Source: Chiloscyllium plagiosum
Taxonomy: Eukaryota
Direction: 5' to 3'
Length of the DNA: 64,000 nucleotides
NCBI RefSeq assembly: GCF_004010195.1
Contig: NC_057749.1
Span: forward strand, 8,449,423 to 8,513,422
Each line of letters starts with the position of its first letter. Position 1 is the first letter of the stretch. The translations under genes were made by a program, and so were the position numbers. The notes below the pieces were generated by a model, which did not search any database, was not told where the DNA came from, and worked only from the letters and a program-made list of their open reading frames with translations. Shown in pieces: positions 39,415 through 50,574 of the stretch.

Positions 39415-40570
39415 AGAACATAGAAGAGTACAGCACAGTACAGGCCCTTCAGCCCTCAATGTTGTGCTGGCCTTTTATCATACTCTTAAAATTAAACTAA
39501 GCTACATACCCTATATTTTACTATCATCCATGTGCCTATCTAAGAGTCACTTAAATGTCCCTAATGTATCTAACTCTACTAACACTGCTGGCAGTGAATT
39601 CCACGCACCCATCACACTCTGTGTAAAGAACCGCCTCTGATATCTCCCCTAAACCTTCCTCCAATCACTTTAAAATTATGCCTCCTCATAACAGACATTT
39701 CTGCCTTGGCTAAAAGTCTCTGGCTATTCACTCTATCTACGCTTCTCATCATCTTGTACACCTCTATTAAGTCGCCTCTGATCATTCTTCACTCCAAAGA
39801 GAAAAGCCCTAGCTCCCTCAACTTCCCTTCATAAGACATGCCCTCCAGTCCAGGCAGCATCCTGGTATAAATCTCCTATGCACCATCTCTAAAGCTTCCA
39901 TATCCTTCCTATAATGAGGCAACCAGAATTGAACACAATATTCTAAGTGTGGTCTAACCAGGGCTCTATAGAGCTGAGGCATAACCTCACGGCTCTTAAA
40001 CTCAATCCCCCTGCCAATGAAAGCCAACACACCATATGCCTTCTTAACAACCATCAATTTGGGTGGCAACTTTGAGGGATCTATGGACATTGACCCCAAG
40101 ATCCCTCTGTTCCTCCACACTGCCAGAATTCTGTCTTTAACCCTGCATTCTGCATTCAAATTCGATCTTCCAAAATGAATGACTTCACAGTTTTCCAGGT
40201 TGAACTCCATCTGCCACTTATCAGCCCAGTTCTGCATCCTGTCAATGTCCCGTTGCAACCTACAACAGTCCTCCACACTATCCACAACTCCACCAACCTT
40301 TGTGTCATCGGCAAACTTATTAACCCACCTTGCCACTTCCTCATCCAAGTCATTTATAAAAATCACAAAAAGCAGAGGTCACCAAGCTCCAGGCTGAATA
40401 CTTTCCATCTACCACCATTCTGTGTCTTCTGTGGGCCAGCCAATTCTGTATATTCACACAGTCAGATTTCCCTATATCCCATGCCTCCCCTTACTTTCTG
40501 AGTGAGCCTACCATGGGGAACCTTATCAAAGCCTTGCTAAAATCCATGTACACCACATCCACTGCTCAAC
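39415..40570 (-). mobile_element. CR1 RT to 3' end (same subfamily as 37925-38980, opposite orientation)
   Basis: FINDLDEE..KFADDTKVGGVVDS and [11 protein letters not shown] motifs. Confidence 0.92.
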
Positions 40571-41083
40571 CAGTGTCATGGGGCAGTGGGTGGATTGTCT
40601 CTCACTGGTAATGGTCATAACCTGGCACTTGTATGGCATGGACGTTACTTGCCACTTGTCAGCCCAAACCTGGATATTGCCCATATTTTGCTGCATTTGA
40701 ACATGGATTGCTTCAGTATCTGAGGAGTAGTGAATTGTATTGAACAATGCGCAATCATTAGCAAACATATTTGGCCTGTTACGTGTAATATTCAGCGGGC
40801 TGCATCAAGACTCACACTGATGAATGATGGTTTGTGTACAGTACTGGATGAGTGCCAGAATATACGAAACCGCCTGCAGCAGTCACTGCCAGGGTTCATG
40901 GATGAAGAGTGATCACATGGCAGTGATACTAGAGGACAGTCAATACATAAATTACACGTCTTGGCATCAGCTCAAGGAGGATGAGAATTACTATTTGCAA
41001 CATTATCAAGTTGCAGAGTAACATCTGCAGCCTGTAACACTGTACAGTTTGTAGACTGGCCAGAATTACCCATAATCACTCAC

Positions 41084-41186
41084 GTAGTTTGAGGTGTATT
41101 GAAGGAGTCCTGGTGGTGGTCGCAGGCGGCTTCCTCGTCTCTGGCATCTTGAACACACGGTCATTTTTCCAGCTTTTGCTGTGACC
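41084..41186 (-). CDS. FAM219B: FAM219B coding exon 2 (GHSKSWKNDRVFKMPETRKPPATTTRTPSIHLKL-Q)
   Basis: Acceptor ctttgttcctctgaaag, donor C|gtgagt, 103 nt. TRTPSIHLKLQ matches the FAM219B TRAPSIQAKLQ segment, and phase 1 joins exon 3 (C+AG=Gln). Confidence 0.88.
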
Positions 41187-41439
41187 CTTTCAGAGGAACA
41201 AAGACGTGGTGATCAGAAGATTTCTTTTATTTATTTAAGATGCAGCAACATAAAAACACAGGATAAATAAAAGGAACAGGAATCAACCAGTTAACTCCAT
41301 TAAACCTGTGACTTCTGATTCCCCACCAATGAGAACAGCTTCTCCCTATCTACACTGTCCAGTCCTCTCAAGAGGTAATTGAGGGGTGACTTAATTGAGG
41401 TACACAACATCGTGAGGGACTTGGTTACAGGAAACCAGT

Positions 41440-41890
41440 TTCCGCCAGGTATGGAAGGTTTGAGTTATAACGAAAGGCTGGATAGGCTGGGACTTTTTTC
41501 CACCAGAACACAGGAGGTTGAGAGACGATTTTAGAGAAGTCTTTAAAATAATAAAGGGATATAGATAGAATTAATGGTAGTTGTCTTTTCCCTAGGATGG
41601 AGGAGTTCAAGACAAAGGGGCAGATTTTCAAGGTGAGTGGAGACAGATTTAAAAAATGGGGGAAAATGTTTTACACTGAGGGTAGTTTGCATGTGGAATG
41701 AACTTCCTGAGGAAGTGGTGGAAGAGGGTACAATTACAATATTTAAAAGACATTTGGATAGATACATGAGTAGGAAAGGTTGGAGGGTTATGGGCAGGAG
41801 CAGAGAGGTGGGACTAGTTTAGTTTGGGATTTAGTTCGGCAAGGACTGGTTAGACCAAAGAGTCCGTTTCCGGGCTGTATGATTCTATGG
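41440..41890 (+). mobile_element. CR1 3' end
   Basis: WNELPEEVVEEGTITIFKRHLDRYM motif and GATTCTATG tail. Confidence 0.88.
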
Positions 41891-42991
41891 AAAAGAGCCA
41901 TTCAATCCTTTGTATCTGCAATGGTCAAATAAATTAGCCACTAATTCTAATCCCACTTTCTGTAACGTGGTCTGTGGTTTTTTCAGGTTACATTATTTCA
42001 GGGACAGATCCAAGCTCGTTTTAACCGAGTTGAGAGTTGGTGTCTCAAACACAAAACTGGGCAGTGAATTCCAGACACCTACCACTCTCTAGGTGAAAAT
42101 GTTTTTCCTCTTTCCTCCCCCCCAACTTCTCTCCCAATCACCTTAAGTCTGTGCCTTCTTGGTAATATCCTTCCTACAGCAGGACGACCAGAACTGGACA
42201 CAGTATTCCAGAAGTGGCCTCACCAACGTCCTGTACAACATCAACATGACTTCCCAATTCCTTTATTCAAAGGATTCAGCAATGAAGACAAGTGTGCCAA
42301 ACACCTTTCTGTTGTAATTTTTCTATGGTTCTATGTGTGTTCAGTCCAAGACATCTTCCAGTCTACAAAGCTATTTGACAATGTTGTGTCCGTCACGCCT
42401 GTGTGTCAACATTTTGCTGTACAAATTTCTGATGTTCACATCTACAAAGGTAAATACCCAGACAAAGTCATTCTGGTTTAACTCAACCAGTCGTGGTGCA
42501 GTGATAGCTCAGTTTTACATTTCAAATGCAGACTAGTGCAGAGAAATTCCTATGCTTCAAATAAGTTTGCTTCTGAACTCCATGGAATTACTATATAAGG
42601 GAATACTCTTAAAATTTTGAAGCTAAATGTTTTAAGTAGCTTTTAAATAAAACAACAGCCACATAATTTTAGGGGAAGAACCAGAAAGTAACCGTGACTC
42701 CAAGCAGTTTTATATCATGCTTCATCAGCAGTTAAAGGTTTAAGCATCAATCGTGCCGCTTGGGCTTATGAACTGTTAATCAGTCTGCTCCCAGACAGAA
42801 TTGAAGCCTGCTAATTACAACTTCTAGTATCCTCTGCACAGCAAATTCATCAACTGCAATTCAGCAACTATAGGCAATGTGGCCTGGGACTTGTGTTGCA
42901 AAGAAGGGGAATGCAAGCAGATGGTGACATGCGTTCCAAGACAGATCCCAGCAAGTGATGCTGCTGACAAGGTGGTAATCTTGAGAAATAG

Positions 42992-43118
42992 GAGAAAGTG
43001 AGGACTGCAGATGACTTTCCTCATTCCTGAAGAAGGGCTCATGCCCGAAACATCGATTCTCCTGCTCCTTGGATGCTGCCTGACCTGCTGCGCTTTTCCA
43101 CAACACATTTTCAGCTCC
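42992..43118 (+). mobile_element. Penelope-derived hammerhead mini-element, 15-bp TSD
   Basis: TSD aatcttgagaaatag (42977-42991, 43119-43133). CTGAAGA-A-GGGC-TCAT-GCCC-GAAA-CATC at 43027-43054, with a short inverted 3' piece at the left end. Confidence 0.82.
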
Positions 43119-44633
43119 AATCTTGAGAAATAGCAGAGCAACATGAAATAGCAGAGTAACATGAAATAGCATAGTAAGTTTTAAGTAGTACATGGGAATT
43201 CTACAGAATTGAGGTACAACCAGCCCAAGCATGCAATTCCCTTGCTAGCAACTTTTGAATAATGGGTGAGGTACTTTTAGCTAAATTATAGAGAACATGG
43301 AACAGTGACATTTTCAGATAGTTTTGGGGTGGGAGAAAGTGGAGGCCAAATTCAGCAAATTATTGACTTTTACTTCATTTTATAGCAGCATTTGCATTCA
43401 ATCACAGGCTGAGAAGTTTTTTTAAATCTTTTGAGACTATGCAATGGAGCCATGCATGGTCATGTCTGTTTGCTAGAAAGCAGAGATACGTTAATGTATA
43501 AATGAATTATTGCCACTGGTTTTAATTAAGTAATTTTAAAATAAAAAGGCTTAATGATTGCACCACACAGTACAGTCATGAGATAAAGACAAATATATGA
43601 GCATATTTACAATGGTGTACGATGGAAACATAAATTAGCAACCCCATTCAGAGTTCAGAACAGATGGAGTGAGAGAACTGGAAAAGCAAGAACCACAAGT
43701 GTGCAGCAGTGAGAAGCTCCCAATAGTTGTTGAGGTGCATGTTTTTGAAGGTAAAGTTGAGCAATGCTGTTCCAATGCACCTGCCAAACTGGATAATTGT
43801 GAACCTAAATGGGGTATAACTTCACTCTGATTAATAACCTTAAACTTAGCAAAAAGCACCTCATTACGTATGTGATTTTAATAGCCATACAGTAAGTTCA
43901 GGTGAGTTTAATATTGTGCATTGGTAGCAAAAACATGGAGGATAAAAACCATTTGTGCAAGTGTTTGTTTAAATCAAGTACCTTACTTGAGTAATTGCTG
44001 AAAAGAGATCTGTGCTTGTCAAGCGAGCATTAGCACAAAAATCAGGGCTCTTGTGGTATAGTGGTAAGGTCCCTGCTTCGAGCCAGAAGGCCCTTGTTGA
44101 GGTCCCACCTGCACCAGAGGTACATTATCACATCACTGAACAGGTCGATTAGAAAACATCAAAGCACACAAACTGCATTTGTGTGTCTTGTGACATTTGT
44201 AAACTGAGCACCCTTCACTGTAGCAATGTTGCTGTAGACAGGACGTGCAGTTAACATGTTCTATTGGGAAACACTAGATTAGGAAATGTTAATTAGCAAA
44301 TTCCTGGGCTCTATCTGCAGTAGGCTGGTCAATATAAAGCACTTGATTCCTTAGCACTATCACCACTAAAACAAAGATATCTCAAAGAAGAGTAACAATC
44401 TCTTGGAAGGCATATATATTTAAGTACTAAAAGATTATAAAGCTGATATTCCAAATTATATAATTCTATTGACTGCAAATGATGTTATCCATCTTTTAGT
44501 CCAAACAAAACTATCAATCATCTGATATTCCTCAGTGATATCAGAAATATCACTGAGGAATGCAATATTGCAGACAGGTGCAGAACAGGTTTCACTTCCA
44601 AGAAACCACCTCTTGCCATGTGTTTAGTCGAAG

Positions 44634-44761
44634 GAGAAAGTGAGGATTGCTGATGCTGGAGATCAGAGTCGAAGAGTGTGGTGCTGGAAAAGCACAGCTG
44701 GTTAGGCAGCACCCGAGGTGCAGGAGAGTCAATGTTTCGAGCATAAGCTCTTCATCAGGAA
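44634..44761 (-). mobile_element. Penelope-derived hammerhead mini-element, 11-bp TSD (1 mismatch)
   Basis: TSD tttagtcgaag/tttagtctaag. The minus strand reads CTGATGA-A-GAGC-TTAT-GCTC-GAAA-CATT (44758-44731). Confidence 0.82.
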
Positions 44762-45927
44762 TTTAGTCTAAGACATCGACACAAAACAGACAGACCTTTC
44801 ATTTCCCCACTTACAACCAAAAAAAGTCAATACTGCCGAGCTACCATCCGCCTACTGGTTCTTGCGCCTACTGGTTCTTGCAGAAACCGAGGTTTGTTAG
44901 CAAAAGGTGAACACATGGAGACACAATCCAAACCTGTGGACTTCTTCCACTAGTCCCAAATCTTATTCCAAGTTTAATTAGAATCCAGCTTGCACCAAGC
45001 CAATTTTCCCATCAGCCGTGTTTGTTGACACACACTGGGCTCCCAATCATCAATGTCTCAATTTCAAAATTCTCGCTCTTGTTTTCCTCAGCCTCTCTCC
45101 TATTTCTAATCTCCACCAACTCCTAAATCCTTCTGAGATCTCTGTGCTTCTCAAATTCTGGCTTCTCGACATGATTGATTTCTGTCATAGCACTTTTCAT
45201 GGCCATACCTTTAAACGACTGAGCGCTAAACGCACATTCTCTCCATAAACTTCTCCATCTCCCTCTTCTCCTTTAAGATGCTTTTAAAACCTATCACTTT
45301 AAAAAGTGAGCAGTCAGCAGTCCTAATTTTTCTTTATGTGGGTCTGTGTCAAATTTAGGGTTTGGTAATCCTTCTGTGCCTTGGGATGTGGTAACAGACA
45401 TTAAAACATAGCCAATAGGAGTAGCAATAGGCCATTCAGCCCTTTGACCCTGGTCCATCATTCAATATGATCATTGCTGATCACCCAACTCAGTACACCG
45501 TGCCCAAACATAGCCCATTCTACCCATGTAAAACATATCCCATTGTTACTATGTTAACATTTGTGGTTGCTGTAGATGTTGAATCTACCTACCTCTGGCA
45601 TAAGAATATTTGAATACTCTCTTCCTCAAAAAATGATTGGTGGTGAGCTCCAAGCCTCTCAAACTTTTAAATCAATTCTTCTTATCTCTGTCTTACATGG
45701 CTAACTCCTTAGTTTTAAACTGTGTCTCCGGTTCCAGATTCTCCCACAAGAGAAAATACCCTTTTCACATGCATACAGAATCCTGAAAGGGTCTGCCATT
45801 CAAGATGCCTTTTAATCTTCAAAACTCCAGCAGATATAAAACTAGTCTGTCTCATAAGGTGACCCAGCCATTCCAGGTGTTAAGTCCAGTAAACCTTCTC
45901 TGAATTGCTTCCAATGCACTTACATCC

Positions 45928-46278
45928 GCAGCACAATGGCTCAGTGGTTAGCATTGCTGCCTCACAGTGCTAGGGAACTGGATTCAACTCCAGCCTCAGG
46001 CAACTATCTGTGTGGAGTTTGCACATTCCCCCTATGTCTGCGTGGGTTTCCTCTGGGTGCTCCAGTTTCCTCCCACAGTCCAAAGATGTGCAAGTTAGGT
46101 GAATTAGCCATGCTAAATTGCCCATTGTATTCAGGGAAGTGTAGGTTAGGTGCATTAGTCAAGGGTAAATGTTGGATAATAGGGGAGAGGAATGGGTCTG
46201 TGTGGGCTACTCTTTAGAGGGTTGGTGTGGATATATTGGGCCGAACGGCCTGTTTCCCTACTGTAGAGATTCTATGAT
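45928..46278 (+). mobile_element. HE1-type SINE inserted in a minus-strand CR1 3' relic (~45400-46510)
   Basis: tRNA head, core and tail are present, and CR1-like sequence continues on both sides. Confidence 0.88.
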
Positions 46279-47777
46279 CCTTCCTCAAATAAGTAAACCA
46301 ATACTGTACGTAGGAGTCTAAATGTGCTAACAACAACACCCTAAATAAATGAAGCATAAACTCCCCAACTTTTGAATTCAATTCCACGTGCAATAAATGG
46401 TAACATTCTATTAGCCTTCCTAATTACTCACTGTACGTACATAATAATCTTTTCTTTTTCCATTTGTGCCATTAAAACACTCAGATCCCTGTTATCTCAG
46501 AACGCTGCAATCTCTCAACTTTTAGCTAAGATGTTTCATATTCACACCAAGTGATGATTAAGTGCTTCTCAGCAGTTTATTTTGAGCTTTTAATCCTTTG
46601 GAGCTACTTATTTAGAGATGGGGAATAAAATAAGATTAACTATCATCTTGGTACTGATCAACAGAACTCGGTGTGAAAGCAAGAACATCAAGTACTGGAA
46701 TTTAAATAAAAGCATAAAATGCTGCAAGTGCTGACAGTAGTCACTGAAAAGAAAATGCTGCATCAGTAAATATTTTATCAAAAGGGAAAATGCTACAATT
46801 AGCCCCTATGTCTGTTATATGGTGCCTTGAAGATAGCGCACAGATTCCAAAGCTCTTCACGGTGATGAAAAGGAGCCTCAAGCCAAGGCTGGCAAAGGGC
46901 TACGTGAGTAAGCAAAGACACGGTCAGAAACGGAGATGTTGTGGTGGCTTTCAGCACAGCAGCCATTTGTGCTAAATCTGTGCAGCAAATTAAACCATGT
47001 GTGTCTGCTTTCAATGTCATTGTAAGGATGCAAAAGATACAGATTAGAAGAATAACTGAGAATAACAGGCACAACAGTGAGGACACAGGGGTATTCCAGC
47101 CCTATTTGTGACAACCAAGATCTTTAAAATCCCTCAATGGGTTATAAATGATACAAAATTCTAACGTGGTACATGGAGAAAAACACGATTTCCATAGGTT
47201 CTTTGGAAAGTCAGCAACTTGCATTTAAAATCATGAATGCACAAGATGCCAGAATTGGAGATGCACTGTGACCTTAGACATTGGACTTATTATCATCGAT
47301 GACTTAGCATACATCCGAAATATCCCACAAAAATAGAAAATTGAGGAAACAAATTATCCATTTCCACAAGCGCAAAAATTAGTTACTATAAAAACACCAA
47401 ACAACTCGGAGCATAGCTCAGGCTAGGCCAGTTGGTTCACATACTCTGTTTCGATGCTGCAGTTTCAGTGCACCACAATGTTGCTAATACACCAAGATTC
47501 TGCAGTAAGACAAGGCCAATTTACATCAGTGAAGAATCACACCGCACAGGATGCCAACTCAGCTGTGCTGGTACTTTGAATTTCCACTAGTATTTGACTG
47601 CTCATGTAAGAAACTATTAACATCCTGGTGTGTCATCACAAAATAAATATTGGACATTTTAGAATATTGAATCTGAAATGTCCTTTGAACTGTACATTAT
47701 TGTCATAATTATGAATTCACATTTTGTCATTAGAAGCATAGAAACAGAAATTAACCAAACGGTCCTTCGAACCTACT

Positions 47778-48760
47778 ATGGAGTCGTACAGCACGGAAAC
47801 AGACCCTTCAGCTTATCCAGTCCGTGCTGACCATAATCCCAAACTAAACTAGACCCACTTGCCTGTGCTTGGCCCCTATCCTTCCAAACCTTTCCTATTC
47901 ATGCACTTATCCAAATGTTTTTAAAACACTGTAACTGTACCTGCATCCACCACTTCCGCTGGAAGTTCATTCCACACATGAACCATGCTGTGTAAACAAA
48001 CAAAATTGCCCCTCACGCCTCTTTTAAAATCTTTCTCCTCTGCCATTCACAATGTTAATACTCCTTATTATTTTATAAAGCTCTAAAGTCATCGCTCAAC
48101 CTCCTACTTTCCAGTGAAAAAAGTCCCAGCCTATTCAGCCTCTCCCTGTAACTTAAATCCTCCATTCCCAGCAACATCCTGGTAAATTTCTTGATATCTT
48201 TCCTATAACAAGGTGACCAGAACTGTACATAGTACTCTAGAGGAGGCCTCACCAACATCCTTTACAATGTCAACATAACATCCCAACTCCAATATTCAAA
48301 AGTCTGAGAAATGAAGGCAAGTGTGCTAAACATCTTAACCATCTTATCTATACATGATGCAAACTTCAAAGAATTATGTCCTTAAACTCATAGGTCTCTC
48401 TGTTCTACAACATTATTCAAGACTCTACTTCTAACTGTATAAGCCATGCCATTATTTGTATTATCAAAATGCAATAACTCATATTCATCCAAATTAAAAC
48501 TGCCATTTCAGCCCATTGACTCAATTGATCAAGATCTTTTTGTAATCTTAGATGATCTTCTTTACTGTCCACTATATGAACAATCTTGGGGTCATCCACA
48601 AATTTATTAACCATGCCTTCTATATTCTCATCTAAGTCATTTACATAAATGCCAAAGTGGACCGAGCACTGATATCTATGGAACACCACTGGTCACAGGC
48701 CTCCAGTCCAAAAATCAACCCTCCAACATTACACTCTGTCTTTCATCATTAAGTCAATTT
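47778..48760 (-). mobile_element. CR1 RT to 3' end
   Basis: IYVNDLDENIEGMVNKFVDD and [10 protein letters not shown] motifs. Confidence 0.88.
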
Positions 48761-49204
48761 TGTTTCCAATTGGCAAGCTCATTGTTCTGTCACTCAATAA
48801 GATTACAGCTTATCTGATGGCTAGATTCACGTACAGGAAAACTTGTACCCAAACGTTCAATTATCTGAACAAAATACTCCCCGCCTGTGTCGTTTGGCTA
48901 ATCAAGGTTGCCCTCTACCCGTCTTTACCTCATATTCCTTAAGATCTTTCGCAAATCTCAAAGTTAAAGTCTACAATTAGTTGAGCATCAATTTCTAATT
49001 ATGACAAAGAACTCCAAACTAACACAAGTGTGTAGAAGTATTTGCTGAAAGTTCCAGCTCCTGTTTTGAAGAGTCATATTGAACTTAAAAAGTTAATTAT
49101 TTTTCTCTCCACAGCTGCTAGACCTGCTGAGTTTCTCTAGCAGGATCTAATCTCAGTTTTTCATTTCAATCCTGAATCCAACAGCAATCCCTACTACAGT
49201 GTCA

Positions 49205-50200
49205 TGCAGTTGACCCGTCGCTCAGTAGTTAGCACAGCCACCTTTCAGCACCAGGGACCTGGGTTCAGTTCCAGCATTGGGCAACTGTTTGTGTGGAGTT
49301 TGCACATTCTCCCCGTGTCGGCGTGGGTTTCCTCCNNNNNNNNNNNNNNNNNNNNNNNNNNNNNNNNNNNNNNNNNNNNNNNNNNNNNNNNNNNNNNNNN
49401 NNNNNNNNNNNNNNNNNNNNNNNNNNNNNNNNNNNNNNNNNNNNNNNNNNNNNNNNNNNNNNNNNNNNNNNNNNNNNNNNNNNNNNNNNNNNNNNNNNNN
49501 NNNNNNNNNNNNNNNNNNNNNNNNNNNNNNNNNNNNNNNNNNNNNNNNNNNNNNNNNNNNNNNNNNNNNNNNNNNNNNNNNNNNNNNNNNNNNNNNNNNN
49601 NNNNNNNNNNNNNNNNNNNNNNNNNNNNNNNNNNNNNNNNNNNNNNNNNNNNNNNNNNNNNNNNNNNNNNNNNNNNNNNNNNNNNNNNNNNNNNNNNNNN
49701 NNNNNNNNNNNNNNNNNNNNNNNNNNNNNNNNNNNNNNNNNNNNNNNNNNNNNNNNNNNNNNNNNNNNNNNNNNNNNNNNNNNNNNNNNNNNNNNNNNNN
49801 NNNNNNNNNNNNNNNNNNNNNNNNNNNNNNNNNNNNNNNNNNNNNNNNNNNNNNNNNNNNNNNNNNNNNNNNNNNNNNNNNNNNNNNNNNNNNNNNNNNN
49901 NNNNNNNNNNNNNNNNNNNNNNNNNNNNNNNNNNNNNNNNNNNNNNNNNNNNNNNNNNNNNNNNNNNNNNNNNNNNNNNNNNNNNNNNNNNNNNNNNNNN
50001 NNNNNNNNNNNNNNNNNNNNNNNNNNNNNNNNNNNNNNNNNNNNNNNNNNNNNNNNNNNNNNNNNNNNNNNNNNNNNNNNNNNNNNNNNNNNNNNNNNNN
50101 NNNNNNNNNNNNNNNNNNNNTAAGGTGGAGTCTAGGTGAGACCCTCTTCAGAGGGTTAGCGTGGGCTCGATGGGCCGAGTGGTCTGCTCCTATCCTATGT
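49205..50200 (+). mobile_element. HE1-type SINE sequence on both sides of an assembly gap
   Basis: SINE 5' half before the gap and SINE 3' tail after it. Confidence 0.7.
49336..50120. other. Assembly gap (785 N)
   Basis: Run of N. Confidence 1.
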
Positions 50201-50386
50201 TCTCTCCTCCCCCCACTTTCTCCACTCACACTGATTCCCCAACACTCCTCCCTCCCTCCCTCCCTCCCTCTCTCTCCCTCTCCCTCTCTCCCTGTCCATC
50301 CCCTTCACAAAACTCCTTTCCCTCCCTCCCTCTTCCCCTCTCTCCTATCGCCCTCCTGATCATGGCGATGATAATAAATCCTGTAC

Positions 50387-50464
50387 CGAGGATGATGATG
50401 ATAATGTTGTTGATGTTGTTGCTGCTGCCGGCCCCGCTCTCTGATCCTCTCCCCGCGGCTCCAT
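50387..50464 (-). CDS. FAM219B: FAM219B coding exon 1 (putative; MEPRGEDQRAGPAAATTSTTLSSSSS)
   Basis: ATG in strong Kozak context (gagATGG) in a GC/CpG-rich patch next to tandem ETS sites. Donor TCG|gtacag is phase 0 and matches exon 2. The low-complexity N-terminus cannot be confirmed by homology. Confidence 0.65.
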
Positions 50465-50499
50465 CTCCTCATCCCGACTTCACCCTGACAACAACACCG

Positions 50500-50560
50500 A
50501 CCGCTTCTGCTTCCGCTTCCGGGTCACAAGCTCACCACCTGACCCCGGAAGGAGGGTCAT
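50500..50560 (-). promoter_or_regulatory. FAM219B TATA-less promoter with tandem ETS/GABP sites
   Basis: CCGGAAGCGGAAG on - (50510-50522) and CCGGAAG on + (50545-50551), 45-90 bp upstream of the ATG, in a locally CpG-rich patch. Confidence 0.65.
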
Positions 50561-50574
50561 GGGCTGGAAACTCC

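Noticed and set aside
43126..44882. Short tandem duplications (18-bp unit at ~43126-43172, 16-bp unit at ~44849-44881)
   Set aside because: Ordinary slippage products with no sign of function.
49204..50359. Long ORFs of 276-360 aa in the ORF track
   Set aside because: Artefacts of translating through the N gap.
20644..50464. Assignment to the paralogue FAM219A
   Set aside because: VKFNKGY, KHR.LAK, QVNQD..RQLL and DGYHL..PPKP match FAM219B rather than FAM219A (VVPNKGY, NIQLL, DGYRL..PPKS).
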